In this document: piece by piece, positions 56,395 to 64,000 of the stretch
How the letters are laid out: the number at the start of each line of letters is the position of its first letter
Position numbering within the stretch: the stretch's first letter is position 1
From: an uncultured delta proteobacterium
GTDB taxonomy: Bacteria > Myxococcota_A > UBA9160
Assembly: GCA_963710635.1 (NCBI GenBank)
Contig: CAVQAY010000001.1
Span: forward strand, 25,674-89,673
Length of the DNA stretch: 64,000 nucleotides
Direction of reading: 5' to 3'
The notes under the pieces: generated by a model
Told to the model about the DNA's origin: nothing
Seen by the model: the letters and a program-made list of their open reading frames with translations, nothing else
The model's database searches: none
Translations under genes and position numbers: made by a program

Positions 56395-57426
56395 TCAGTC
56401 CTCCATCACGCCCTTGCGGCCCATCAGGCCACGCGGACGCGTCAATAGAATGATAATGGCGATCAGGTAGATGATGATCTGGTTGATACCGGGCAGGAAC
56501 GAAACAACCTGCGCCATGGACGCAAAGCTTTCGACGATCCCCAGCAGGAAGCCGGCCAGAACCGCACCGGGCAAGGACCCCATGCCGCCCACAACCACCA
56601 CAACAAAGCTCAGCACCAGAAAATCCATGCCCATGTGGTAATTGGGCGAATTGATCGGCGCGTACATCACCCCGGCAAGGCCCGCAACACAGGCGGCGAT
56701 GGCGAACATGATGGTAAAGCGCTTGTCGATGTTGATGCCCAGCAGGCCAACGGTTTCACGATCGGCCATACCGGCGCGCACGACCATGCCGAAGGTGGTG
56801 AATTGCAAGAACGCAAACACCGCACCGATGATCACCGCGGCAAAGGCAAAATAGACCAGCCGCCAGTAGGGGTAGATGATGGTTCCGGCGTCAAAACCCA
56901 TCATCACCCCGAAATCAAAGCTGCCGCGAAAGGCATCGGGGGCAGGGGTAGGGATCGGGTTGGCGCCGTAAAAATACTTGATGATTTCCTGCAAAACGAT
57001 GGCCAGACCGAAGGTCACAAGGATCTGGTCGGCGTGGGGACGTTTGTAGAAATATTTGATCAGGCCGCGTTCCATTGCAAAACCGACGCCAATCATGATC
57101 GGGATGGCAAACAGAATGGCCAGTGGCACCGACCATTCGATCAGCGATGCACCCATTTCGGGGCCGAACCACTTTTCAACATACGGTGTCTGGATTTTCG
57201 ACGGGTTGCCCAGAAAATCAAGCTGCGTTTCGTCGATGGTTTCGACCGACAGGGTCAGTAACTTGTTCAGGGTCACGGCACAGAATGCCCCCAGCATGAA
57301 CAACGCGCCATGCGCAAAGTTGACAACGCCCAGCGTGCCAAAGATCAGGGTCAGACCCAAGGCAATCAGCGCATAGGCGCTGCCCTTGTCCAACCCGTTA
57401 AGGATTTGCAGAATAATTGCGTCCAT
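56395..57426 (-). CDS. livH: branched-chain amino acid-type ABC transporter permease (LivH-like)
   Basis: 343 aa. MDAIILQILNGLDKGSAYALIALGLTLIFG is the canonical LivH start. Confidence 0.9.
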   Translation of the reverse strand: MDAIILQILNGLDKGSAYALIALGLTLIFGTLGVVNFAHGALFMLGAFCAVTLNKLLTLSVETIDETQLDFLGNPSKIQTPYVEKWFGPEMGASLIEWSVPLAILFAIPIMIGVGFAMERGLIKYFYKRPHADQILVTFGLAIVLQEIIKYFYGANPIPTPAPDAFRGSFDFGVMMGFDAGTIIYPYWRLVYFAFAAVIIGAVFAFLQFTTFGMVVRAGMADRETVGLLGINIDKRFTIMFAIAACVAGLAGVMYAPINSPNYHMGMDFLVLSFVVVVVGGMGSLPGAVLAGFLLGIVESFASMAQVVSFLPGINQIIIYLIAIIILLTRPRGLMGRKGVMED

Positions 57427-57472
57427 GACGACACCCCGTCCCGTAGTGATGCCCGTATTTTCGGGCGTGTTT

Positions 57473-57504
57473 GACCGCGCGAAAACAATCGCGCGGTCTT
57501 TTTT
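57473..57504 (+). terminator. canonical stem plus T6 terminator motif oriented on the plus strand, inside the minus-strand ABC operon (between the SBP and livH genes)
   Basis: GACCGCGCGA-aaacaa-TCGCGCGGTC (10-bp stem) followed by TTTTTT on the plus strand. On the operon (minus) strand the run is A-rich upstream of the stem. A second small hairpin, GCCCG-tattt t-CGGGC, is at 57451-57466. Confidence 0.45.
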
Positions 57505-57522
57505 CTGATCAGATCAAAAGGA

Positions 57523-58914
57523 TCAGGCGCCCGGGTTACACTGACCCAGATCGCCACCGGCAACCTGCGGGTGATCGGGTTCGTACCAGACCTGAGCCGC
57601 CGGAGTGACTTCGACGATTTCCAGAAGGTCGAATTCTGAGGTCGGGTTTTCTTTACCCTTCACAACCAGAACGTCTTTGAAGCACTGGTGATCCGCATTC
57701 CGGTACAGGGTCGGGCCGTTGCCCAGACCGTCGAACAGGAAGCCGCTATTGGCTGGGCTGTCGATACCCGGCATGGAATCTCCGGCACCTGTCAGGGCTT
57801 CGCCAACCGCACAGGGGTTGAAGCTGCCCGCACGTTCCACAGCATCCGCATAAAGCAGCGCCTGAACATAGCAGGTATGTGCCGCCTGGCTGGGCGGGAA
57901 GCCGTATTTGGTACCAAAGGATTTCACGAACGCTTTGGAGCCTTCATCCTGCAGCGACCAGTGCCAGTTTGTCGAACCGAAGATGCCTTTAACGTTTTCG
58001 CCGGCACCTTTGGCCATCAGACGCGAGTAGAGCGGCACGATGATTTCGAACTTCTTGCCGTTGACCATACGATCGCGTAGGCCGAACTGCACCGCGTTGG
58101 TCAGCGAGTTGACCATGTTGCCGCCGTAGTGGTTCAGAACCAGAACATCGGCATCCGATTGCAGAACCGGTGTGATGTAGGAGCTGAAGTCGGTCTGTGT
58201 CAGCGGCGTTTTCACCGTTTCAACAGTTTCCCAGCCCATGGCCTCGGTCGAGGACCGGACAGCTTCTTCTGTTGTGTAGCCCCAGTTGTAATCCGCTGTC
58301 AGGTGATAGGCCTTGCGGTCTGTTCCATAAGCGTTTTTCAACACGGGTGCGAGTGCGGCACCGGACATGTAGCTGTTAAAGAAGTGACGGAAGCCATTGG
58401 CTTTCTTGTCTTTTCCGGTTGTGTCGTTCGAGTGGGTCAGACCCGCCATGAAGATAACGCCGGCCTCTTGGCACAGCGCCTGAACGGCCACGGCCACACC
58501 CGAAGACGAACCACCGGTGATCATCACCGCGCCGTCTTTTTCGATCATCGACTTGGCCGAAGCACGGGCCGCATCCGATTTGGTCTGCGTGTCGCCTGTG
58601 ACGTATTCGACCTTTTTGCCCAAAATACCGTTGCCTTGCAGCGCCTTGGAGCTGAAAGTGTTCATCATGCCGCCGTCGCCGCCACCGTTCAGGTGTTCGA
58701 CCGCAAGCTCATAGGCGCGCAGTTCGTCCGCACCCTCGTCTGCGTAAGGGCCCGACTGGGGCACGTTGAAGCCAAGTGTAACAGTTGATCCTGTCGGCTC
58801 GTTCGTGTGGGCCGAGACAGATGACGCTGTAAAAATTGTCGGCAGCGCAAGACCGGCACCAGCCACAGCGCTGGTTTTCATCAAGCCGCGACGCGTAAAG
58901 TTTGATTTGGACAT
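57523..58914 (-). CDS. LIV-type (PBP type 1) ABC transporter substrate-binding protein with twin-arginine signal
   Basis: 463 aa from the ATG after GGGAGGA (MSKSNFTRRGLMKTSAVAGAGLALPTIFTASSVSAHT). Periplasmic-binding fold. The 548-aa extended ORF was rejected. Confidence 0.85.
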   Translation of the reverse strand: MSKSNFTRRGLMKTSAVAGAGLALPTIFTASSVSAHTNEPTGSTVTLGFNVPQSGPYADEGADELRAYELAVEHLNGGGDGGMMNTFSSKALQGNGILGKKVEYVTGDTQTKSDAARASAKSMIEKDGAVMITGGSSSGVAVAVQALCQEAGVIFMAGLTHSNDTTGKDKKANGFRHFFNSYMSGAALAPVLKNAYGTDRKAYHLTADYNWGYTTEEAVRSSTEAMGWETVETVKTPLTQTDFSSYITPVLQSDADVLVLNHYGGNMVNSLTNAVQFGLRDRMVNGKKFEIIVPLYSRLMAKGAGENVKGIFGSTNWHWSLQDEGSKAFVKSFGTKYGFPPSQAAHTCYVQALLYADAVERAGSFNPCAVGEALTGAGDSMPGIDSPANSGFLFDGLGNGPTLYRNADHQCFKDVLVVKGKENPTSEFDLLEIVEVTPAAQVWYEPDHPQVAGGDLGQCNPGA

Positions 58915-59042
58915 TAAATCCTCCCATTTCGTGAAGTGCGCAGCGGGCTCCCTCTCCTCGCAGCGCGGGCACAGTTCGTGCAAAGTCATTATCACCCCCT
59001 TGATGAAAATTGCGCAACAAGTCCCTTGAAGCGCACGATAAT

Positions 59043-59083
59043 TTTGTAAATAATTGCACAAGGTACAGGGACGGTTTGTAAAT
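59043..59083. promoter_or_regulatory. direct repeat TTTGTAAAT x 2 (32-bp spacing) in the divergent regulator/ABC promoter region; TTGCGCAA palindrome nearby at 59010-59017
   Basis: Copies at 59043-59051 and 59075-59083. A related TTGCACAA is at 59054-59061. The AT-rich 239-bp gap lies between the SBP start (58914) and the regulator start (59154). Confidence 0.3.
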
Positions 59084-59153
59084 TTCATTATGTTGCGGTG
59101 CAGAAAGCCCTTGATAAGCTTTGATAATCGCTGCGGCCAGGAAGGTGACAGAT

Positions 59154-60464
59154 ATGGCACGTGATACACTGACTGGCAGCCGCATCCGCGAACGGCGCAT
59201 CATGGCGGGTTTGCGGCAGGCCGATCTGGCGCGCCAGATCGATATTTCCGCGTCCTATCTGAACCTGATCGAACATAACCGGCGCAGAATCGGCGGGAAA
59301 CTGTTGCTGGATATCGCGCGCGTTCTTCAGGTGGAACCTTCAATGCTGGCCGAAGGGGCCGAGGCGGCGCTGATCGCGATCCTGCGCGAGGCGGCGGCAG
59401 ATGCCAAATCGGTAACGGCGGAAACTGACAAGGCCGATGAATTTGCCGGCCGGTTTCCCGGCTGGGCAGAGGTTCTGGCGAAATCCCATCGCCGTGTCGC
59501 ATCCCTGGAACGCACCGTTGAAACCCTGACAGACCGGGTAACGCACGATCCGCAACTCGCGGCCTCCTTGCACGAAGTGCTGTCGACCGCAGCGGCGATC
59601 CGTTCGACTGCATCCATTCTGGCGGAAACACAGGAGCTTGAGCCGGAATGGCGCAACCGCTTCCACCGCAACATCAACGAAGACAGCGCCCGATTGGCCG
59701 AAAGCAGCAAGGCGCTGGTCGGCTATCTGGATTCGACGGATGCGCAACAGGATGATCTGATTTCGCCGCAGGAAGAGGTCGAAGCGCTGTTGGCCGATCA
59801 GGGCCATTTCTTTGCCGCGCTGGAAGTGGACGCGCCGGATATTCGCAAAATCATTGCGGACGAACCGCGCCTGACATCCCCGGCGGCCCGCCATGTGGCG
59901 CGCGGCGTGATGGAACAATATGCCCGCGACGCCGCCGCCATGCCACTGGATGAATTCCACGCGGCCCTGCTGGAAATCGGGATGGACCCTGTCGCGCTTG
60001 CGCGCCGGTTCGGTGTACCCGTCCAGTCGGCATTGCGCCGTCTGGCCGCCATGCCCGAAGGTACACCGGGCGCCAATACCGGCCTTGTGGTCTGTGACAG
60101 TTCGGGGGCCATGTTGTTTCGCAAGGCGATCGAAGGCTTTTCCGTGCCGCGGTTTGGAACATCCTGCCCGCTTTGGCCGCTGTTTTCCGCATTCAGCCGC
60201 CCGATGACGCCGATCTGCCAACGGGTCGAGCAAATCAGCAGGGATGCATCGCAATTTGATTGCATCGCAATTGCGCACCCCATCGGCGAACCCGCCCTGA
60301 ACATGGACCCGATTTACCATTCAACCATGCTGATTGTGCCGGCCAGCCAGACCGTGTTACCTGCCGCAACGCCGGTGAAACCGGTGGGCAGTACGTGCCG
60401 CGTGTGCACGCGCGAACGCTGTATCGGGCGACGGGAACCATCGATCCTGAATGAAGGGTTTTGA
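59154..60464 (+). CDS. XRE-family HTH regulator of the short-chain fatty acyl-CoA regulator (ScfR, DUF2083) type
   Basis: 436 aa from the internal ATG (MARDTLTGSRIRERRIMAGLRQADLARQIDISASYLNLIEHNRR). Long C-terminal sensor region with a Cys cluster (CPLWP...CRVCTRERC). Confidence 0.7.
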   Translation: MARDTLTGSRIRERRIMAGLRQADLARQIDISASYLNLIEHNRRRIGGKLLLDIARVLQVEPSMLAEGAEAALIAILREAAADAKSVTAETDKADEFAGRFPGWAEVLAKSHRRVASLERTVETLTDRVTHDPQLAASLHEVLSTAAAIRSTASILAETQELEPEWRNRFHRNINEDSARLAESSKALVGYLDSTDAQQDDLISPQEEVEALLADQGHFFAALEVDAPDIRKIIADEPRLTSPAARHVARGVMEQYARDAAAMPLDEFHAALLEIGMDPVALARRFGVPVQSALRRLAAMPEGTPGANTGLVVCDSSGAMLFRKAIEGFSVPRFGTSCPLWPLFSAFSRPMTPICQRVEQISRDASQFDCIAIAHPIGEPALNMDPIYHSTMLIVPASQTVLPAATPVKPVGSTCRVCTRERCIGRREPSILNEGF

Positions 60465-60566
60465 CAGCATCGCCAAAACTGGGGATAGTCCTGAAACGGC
60501 GCGACACAAAATCCTGAACAAACAGGATTAAAGCGCACTGCGGACCTTGGGGAGGGGATCGCTGAT

Positions 60567-60935
60567 ATGAACCGACATGTTCTGTTGATCGAGGATGAAC
60601 AAAACATCATCGAAGCGATCCGGTTTCTGCTGTCGCGCGATGGCTGGCGTGTTGATACCCATTCAAACGGCCACGATGCCGTGGATGTCATCCGTGCCGC
60701 GCGTCCTGATCTTGTGATCCTTGATGTCATGTTACCGGGCAAGAGCGGCTTTGATATTCTGACCGAACTGCGCAGCAAGCCCGACACGCTGAAACTGCCT
60801 GTCCTGATGCTGACCGCGCGCGGCCAGTCCCGTGATCGCGAAATGGCGGAAAAGGCCGGGGCCAGCCGGTTCATGACCAAACCGTTTTCAAATGCCGAAG
60901 TGCTGGACGCCGTGCGCGAGCTTGTCGAGGTTTGA
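60567..60935 (+). CDS. single-domain response regulator (CheY-like receiver)
   Basis: 122 aa. Shows LLIEDE, DLVILDVMLPGKSG (phospho-Asp context), MLTA and KPF. Confidence 0.9.
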   Translation: MNRHVLLIEDEQNIIEAIRFLLSRDGWRVDTHSNGHDAVDVIRAARPDLVILDVMLPGKSGFDILTELRSKPDTLKLPVLMLTARGQSRDREMAEKAGASRFMTKPFSNAEVLDAVRELVEV

Positions 60936-60976
60936 AACGGCGCGCGTCCGCAACTGCGCAAGTCTAGGGACAGGGA

Positions 60977-61321
60977 ATGACCCAAACAGACAAAGCCGCA
61001 CCGCCCCCCAAACGCGGTAAACGCGTTTTTCTGGAACCCCAGACCTATCGGCGGCGCCGGTTGATGGACGGTGCCCGCATCCTGCCGGCTTTGGGTTTGC
61101 TGTTGTGGATGGTTCCGGTGTTGTGGCCGACCGGATCAAGCCCTGAAACAGAGCCTGTGCTGCTTTCCAATGCAATGCTCTACATCTTTCTGGTCTGGCT
61201 GGGCCTGATCCTTGTGGCTGTGGGTATCTGGATCAAGGCGCGGGGTGTGCTTGAGGATGAAATTGACCCACAAGACGAGCCTTTCCCGCTGACGCCCGCG
61301 CATATGGACGAGGACAGCTGA
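60977..61321 (+). CDS. small two-TM membrane protein, translationally coupled to the sensor kinase
   Basis: 114 aa. Two hydrophobic segments (ILPALGLLLWMVPVLW; MLYIFLVWLGLILVAVGIWI). Its stop TGA (61319-61321) overlaps the kinase ATG (61321-61323). No recognised domain. Confidence 0.5.
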   Translation: MTQTDKAAPPPKRGKRVFLEPQTYRRRRLMDGARILPALGLLLWMVPVLWPTGSSPETEPVLLSNAMLYIFLVWLGLILVAVGIWIKARGVLEDEIDPQDEPFPLTPAHMDEDS

Positions 61322-64000
61322 TGGCGACGCTGAACCTGCTGATCCTGGCCTGTCTGGGATATGTTGCACTGTTGTTTCTGGTGGCGTTCGCGGCAGAACG
61401 TGCGGCGTTGCGCGGGCAGGGCGGCTGGCTGCGCTCGCCCCTTGTTTATACGCTGTCGCTGTCGGTTTACTGTACGGGCTGGACGTTTTATGGCGCGGTT
61501 GGTTACGCCGCGCGTTCCGGCATGGAGTATGTCACGATCTATCTGGGGCCGACTCTTGTTGTCATCGGCTGGTGGTGGTTGCTGCGCAAACTGGTACGGA
61601 TCGGGCGGGCGCAACGGGCCACATCCATCGCCGACCTGATTTCGTCGCGCTATGGAAAATCCAACTTGCTGGCGATCGTCGTGACGTTGATGGCTGTGGT
61701 CGGGGTGACGCCGTATATTGCCTTGCAACTGCAATCCATCGCGTTGTCGATCACCGCATTTTCGCCCTCGGCCGGACCGGACGCGATGGCCATTGATCGC
61801 GAATCCTCGGGGTTTTGGGTGGCCTTGGGGCTGGCCTTGTTTGCCATTCTGTTCGGCACCCGCAATCTGAACGCGAACGAACGCCACCACGGTGTTGTCA
61901 TAGCCATCGCGGTCGAGGCGGTGGTCAAACTGCTGGCGCTGCTGGCCGTGGGCATATTTGTGGTTTGGGGTGTTGCCGGTGGCGTCAGCCAGATCATGAC
62001 CCAAATTGATGCCTCGCCCATCGGGGAATGGAATATGGATCGCAGCCGCTGGTCTACATTAACGCTGCTGTCTGCCATCGCGTTCATCTGTCTGCCGCGC
62101 ATGTTTCAGGTTCTGGTGGTGGAAAACGATGACGAACGTCATTTGCACACCGCAGCATGGGCCTTTCCGCTGTATCTGATGTTGATGAGCCTGTTTGTGC
62201 TGCCCATTGCCGTGATCGGGTTGCAGATCATGCCCGCCGGATCGAACCCCGACCTGTTTGTTTTGACGGTGCCGCTGGCACAGGGGCAGGATGGTCTGGC
62301 GTTGTTCTCTTTTCTCGGCGGGTTCTCGTCAGCCACATCCATGGTGATCGTGGCCACGCTCGCGCTGTCAACCATGGTGTCCAACCATATCGTGATGCCA
62401 ATCTGGTTCAGTTTGCGCAGTGGCGGTGCGTCGGTGTCGGGGGACGTGCGCAATGTGATCATACTGGCGCGGCGCCTGTCGATCTGCGGGATTCTGGCGC
62501 TTGGATATGCGTACTACGTGTTCTCGGGCGGCAGTTCGGCACTGGCCGCAATCGGGTTGATCTCATTCGCGGGGGTGGCGCAGTTCATGCCGGCCATGCT
62601 GGGCGGCATTTTCTGGCGCGGGGCGACGCGCACCGGCGCGACCGCGGGGCTGATCACCGGCTTTGCGTTGTGGTTTTACACCATGTTGTTGCCCAGTTTC
62701 GGTGCCGGTGCGTTGCTGTCGGCCGAGGTTTTTGAAAACGGGTTGTTCGGCTGGATGTGGCTGCGCCCGCAGGCCCTGTTTGGCATTACCGGCATTGACC
62801 CGACCGTTCACGCGGTTTTATGGAGCCTGACCCTCAATTCGGCGGTGTTCTTTCTTGTGTCGCTGTTCAGTTTTCCCAGCCCGCTGGAACGGTTGCAAGG
62901 CGCGCAATTCGTCAACGTGTTTGCCCATTCCGCCAGTCCGCAAAGCTGGACCGGGTCCATGGCCCAAAGCGAAGATCTTTTGATCATGGCGCAACGCCTT
63001 GTCGGCGCATCCGAAGCGCGCGCCTTTTTCCGCGCCGAGGCTGCGCGGCAGGGCGGGCACGGCCATTTGCCCGAACCGTCCCCGGATTTCCTGCAACGGC
63101 TGGAACGTGAACTTGCCGGATCGGTGGGGGCGGCGACGGCGCATGCGATGGTGGGGCAGATTGTCGGCGGGGCCAGCGTGTCTGTGCACGATCTGATGGC
63201 GGTGGCAGACGAATCCGCGCAGATGCTGGAATACTCCAGTCAGCTTGAGGCCAAATCGGGAGAGTTGGCGCGTACAGCGCGCAAATTGCAGGAAGCGAAC
63301 GAAAAGCTGACTCAACTGAGTGTGCAAAAAGACGCGTTCCTGTCCCAGATCAGCCATGAATTGCGCACGCCGATGACGTCGATCCGCGCGTTTTCCGAAA
63401 TTCTGCGCGACACCAAGAAAATCGGCCCCGACGAAAAAACCAAATACGCGTCGATCATCCACGGCGAGGCGATCCGCCTGACGCGTTTGCTGGATGATTT
63501 GCTGGACCTGTCTGTTCTTGAACACGGACAGGTCAGCCTGAACATCCAGCAGGGTCGCCTTGCCGATGTTCTGGATCAGGCGGTGGCGGCAGCTTTGGCC
63601 GGCAAACAGGACGCGCTGGAGATCCAGCGCGATCCCGTGGCCGAAGAGGTCGAGCTGAAAACCGATCTGGACCGGTTAAGTCAGGTGTTCATCAATCTGA
63701 TCGCCAATGCCCGCAAATATTGCGACGCCGACACCCCGCAACTGAAGATTTCAGTGTCGCGATCCGGCGGATATGTGACGGTTGATTTTATCGACAACGG
63801 GTCCGGCATCCCGAAAGACGCCCAAACCCTTATTTTTGAAAAATTTGCGCGTGTCAGCGACCAGAAAGGCAAGGGTGCGGGGCTGGGGCTCGCCATTTGT
63901 CGCGAGATTATGTACCGGCTGGATGGCGATATTACCTATCAACCCAAGGCAAACGGCACCGGTTTCCGTGTGCGATTGCCCCAATCGATGGCGCTGGCCG
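61321..64000 (+). CDS. sensor histidine kinase with N-terminal sodium:solute-symporter-like domain (CbrA/CrbS-type architecture), 3' end outside window
   Basis: I translated codon by codon from ATG 61321 to nt 64000 without a stop. It is absent from the ORF track because it has no stop in the window. About 500 aa are a polytopic SSS-like domain. Then come a coiled linker, the H-box SHELRTPMTSI (His codon 63355-63357, same frame as 61321), the N-box NLIANARKY, G1 DNGSGIP and G2 GKGAGLGLAIC. Confidence 0.85.
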   Translation, partial: MATLNLLILACLGYVALLFLVAFAAERAALRGQGGWLRSPLVYTLSLSVYCTGWTFYGAVGYAARSGMEYVTIYLGPTLVVIGWWWLLRKLVRIGRAQRATSIADLISSRYGKSNLLAIVVTLMAVVGVTPYIALQLQSIALSITAFSPSAGPDAMAIDRESSGFWVALGLALFAILFGTRNLNANERHHGVVIAIAVEAVVKLLALLAVGIFVVWGVAGGVSQIMTQIDASPIGEWNMDRSRWSTLTLLSAIAFICLPRMFQVLVVENDDERHLHTAAWAFPLYLMLMSLFVLPIAVIGLQIMPAGSNPDLFVLTVPLAQGQDGLALFSFLGGFSSATSMVIVATLALSTMVSNHIVMPIWFSLRSGGASVSGDVRNVIILARRLSICGILALGYAYYVFSGGSSALAAIGLISFAGVAQFMPAMLGGIFWRGATRTGATAGLITGFALWFYTMLLPSFGAGALLSAEVFENGLFGWMWLRPQALFGITGIDPTVHAVLWSLTLNSAVFFLVSLFSFPSPLERLQGAQFVNVFAHSASPQSWTGSMAQSEDLLIMAQRLVGASEARAFFRAEAARQGGHGHLPEPSPDFLQRLERELAGSVGAATAHAMVGQIVGGASVSVHDLMAVADESAQMLEYSSQLEAKSGELARTARKLQEANEKLTQLSVQKDAFLSQISHELRTPMTSIRAFSEILRDTKKIGPDEKTKYASIIHGEAIRLTRLLDDLLDLSVLEHGQVSLNIQQGRLADVLDQAVAAALAGKQDALEIQRDPVAEEVELKTDLDRLSQVFINLIANARKYCDADTPQLKISVSRSGGYVTVDFIDNGSGIPKDAQTLIFEKFARVSDQKGKGAGLGLAICREIMYRLDGDITYQPKANGTGFRVRLPQSMALA

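Noticed and set aside
62157-62735. 192-aa plus-strand ORF and other short ORFs listed between 61361 and 63984
   Set aside because: They are alternative frames or strands inside the long, unlisted, open-ended sensor-kinase frame (61321 to beyond 64000). That frame carries clear TM and HisKA/HATPase motifs.

Overview
High-GC (about 60% by eye) alphaproteobacterial chromosome segment; gene content and sox organisation look Rhodobacterales-like. It is densely coding on both strands. Left to right: an aldehyde dehydrogenase 3' end and a class-III aminotransferase; an overlapping DeoR / IMPase-family / Na-Pi-cotransporter operon; cls plus a YbhP-like EEP gene; a pqiA-pqiA-pqiB-pqiC lipid-transport cluster; a TRAP transporter plus BASS-like permease plus pxpBCA (5-oxoprolinase) cluster; a second TRAP operon; a roughly 3.4-kb low-GC island with a DUF1800/DUF1501 pair; phoX; a complete sox locus (soxT-R-[DUF336]-S divergent from soxVWXYZABCDEF); a photolyase-like gene; clpP-clpX; ridA; NDUFA12-mlaD-DUF2155; aat; accBC; an acyl-CoA synthetase and bdhA; a LIV-type ABC operon; an ScfR-like regulator; and a receiver / small membrane ORF / symporter-domain histidine kinase unit that runs off the 3' end and is therefore missing from the ORF track. 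No rRNA, tRNA, CRISPR array, transposase or integrase was recognised. Main second-look items: (1) 11 apparent frameshifts in 10 otherwise well-conserved genes, including essential accC, which is most simply explained by indel errors; (2) the compositionally foreign DUF1800/DUF1501 island and the roughly 1-kb decayed gap beside it, which holds two perfect tandem duplications; (3) a recurring AT-rich TGAAT-type palindrome in four sox intergenic regions, as candidate SoxR operators; (4) a periplasmic GlcG/HbpS-like gene inside the sox regulatory arm; (5) a photolyase homologue whose domain order looks circularly permuted. All homology statements come from reading the translations, not from database searches.
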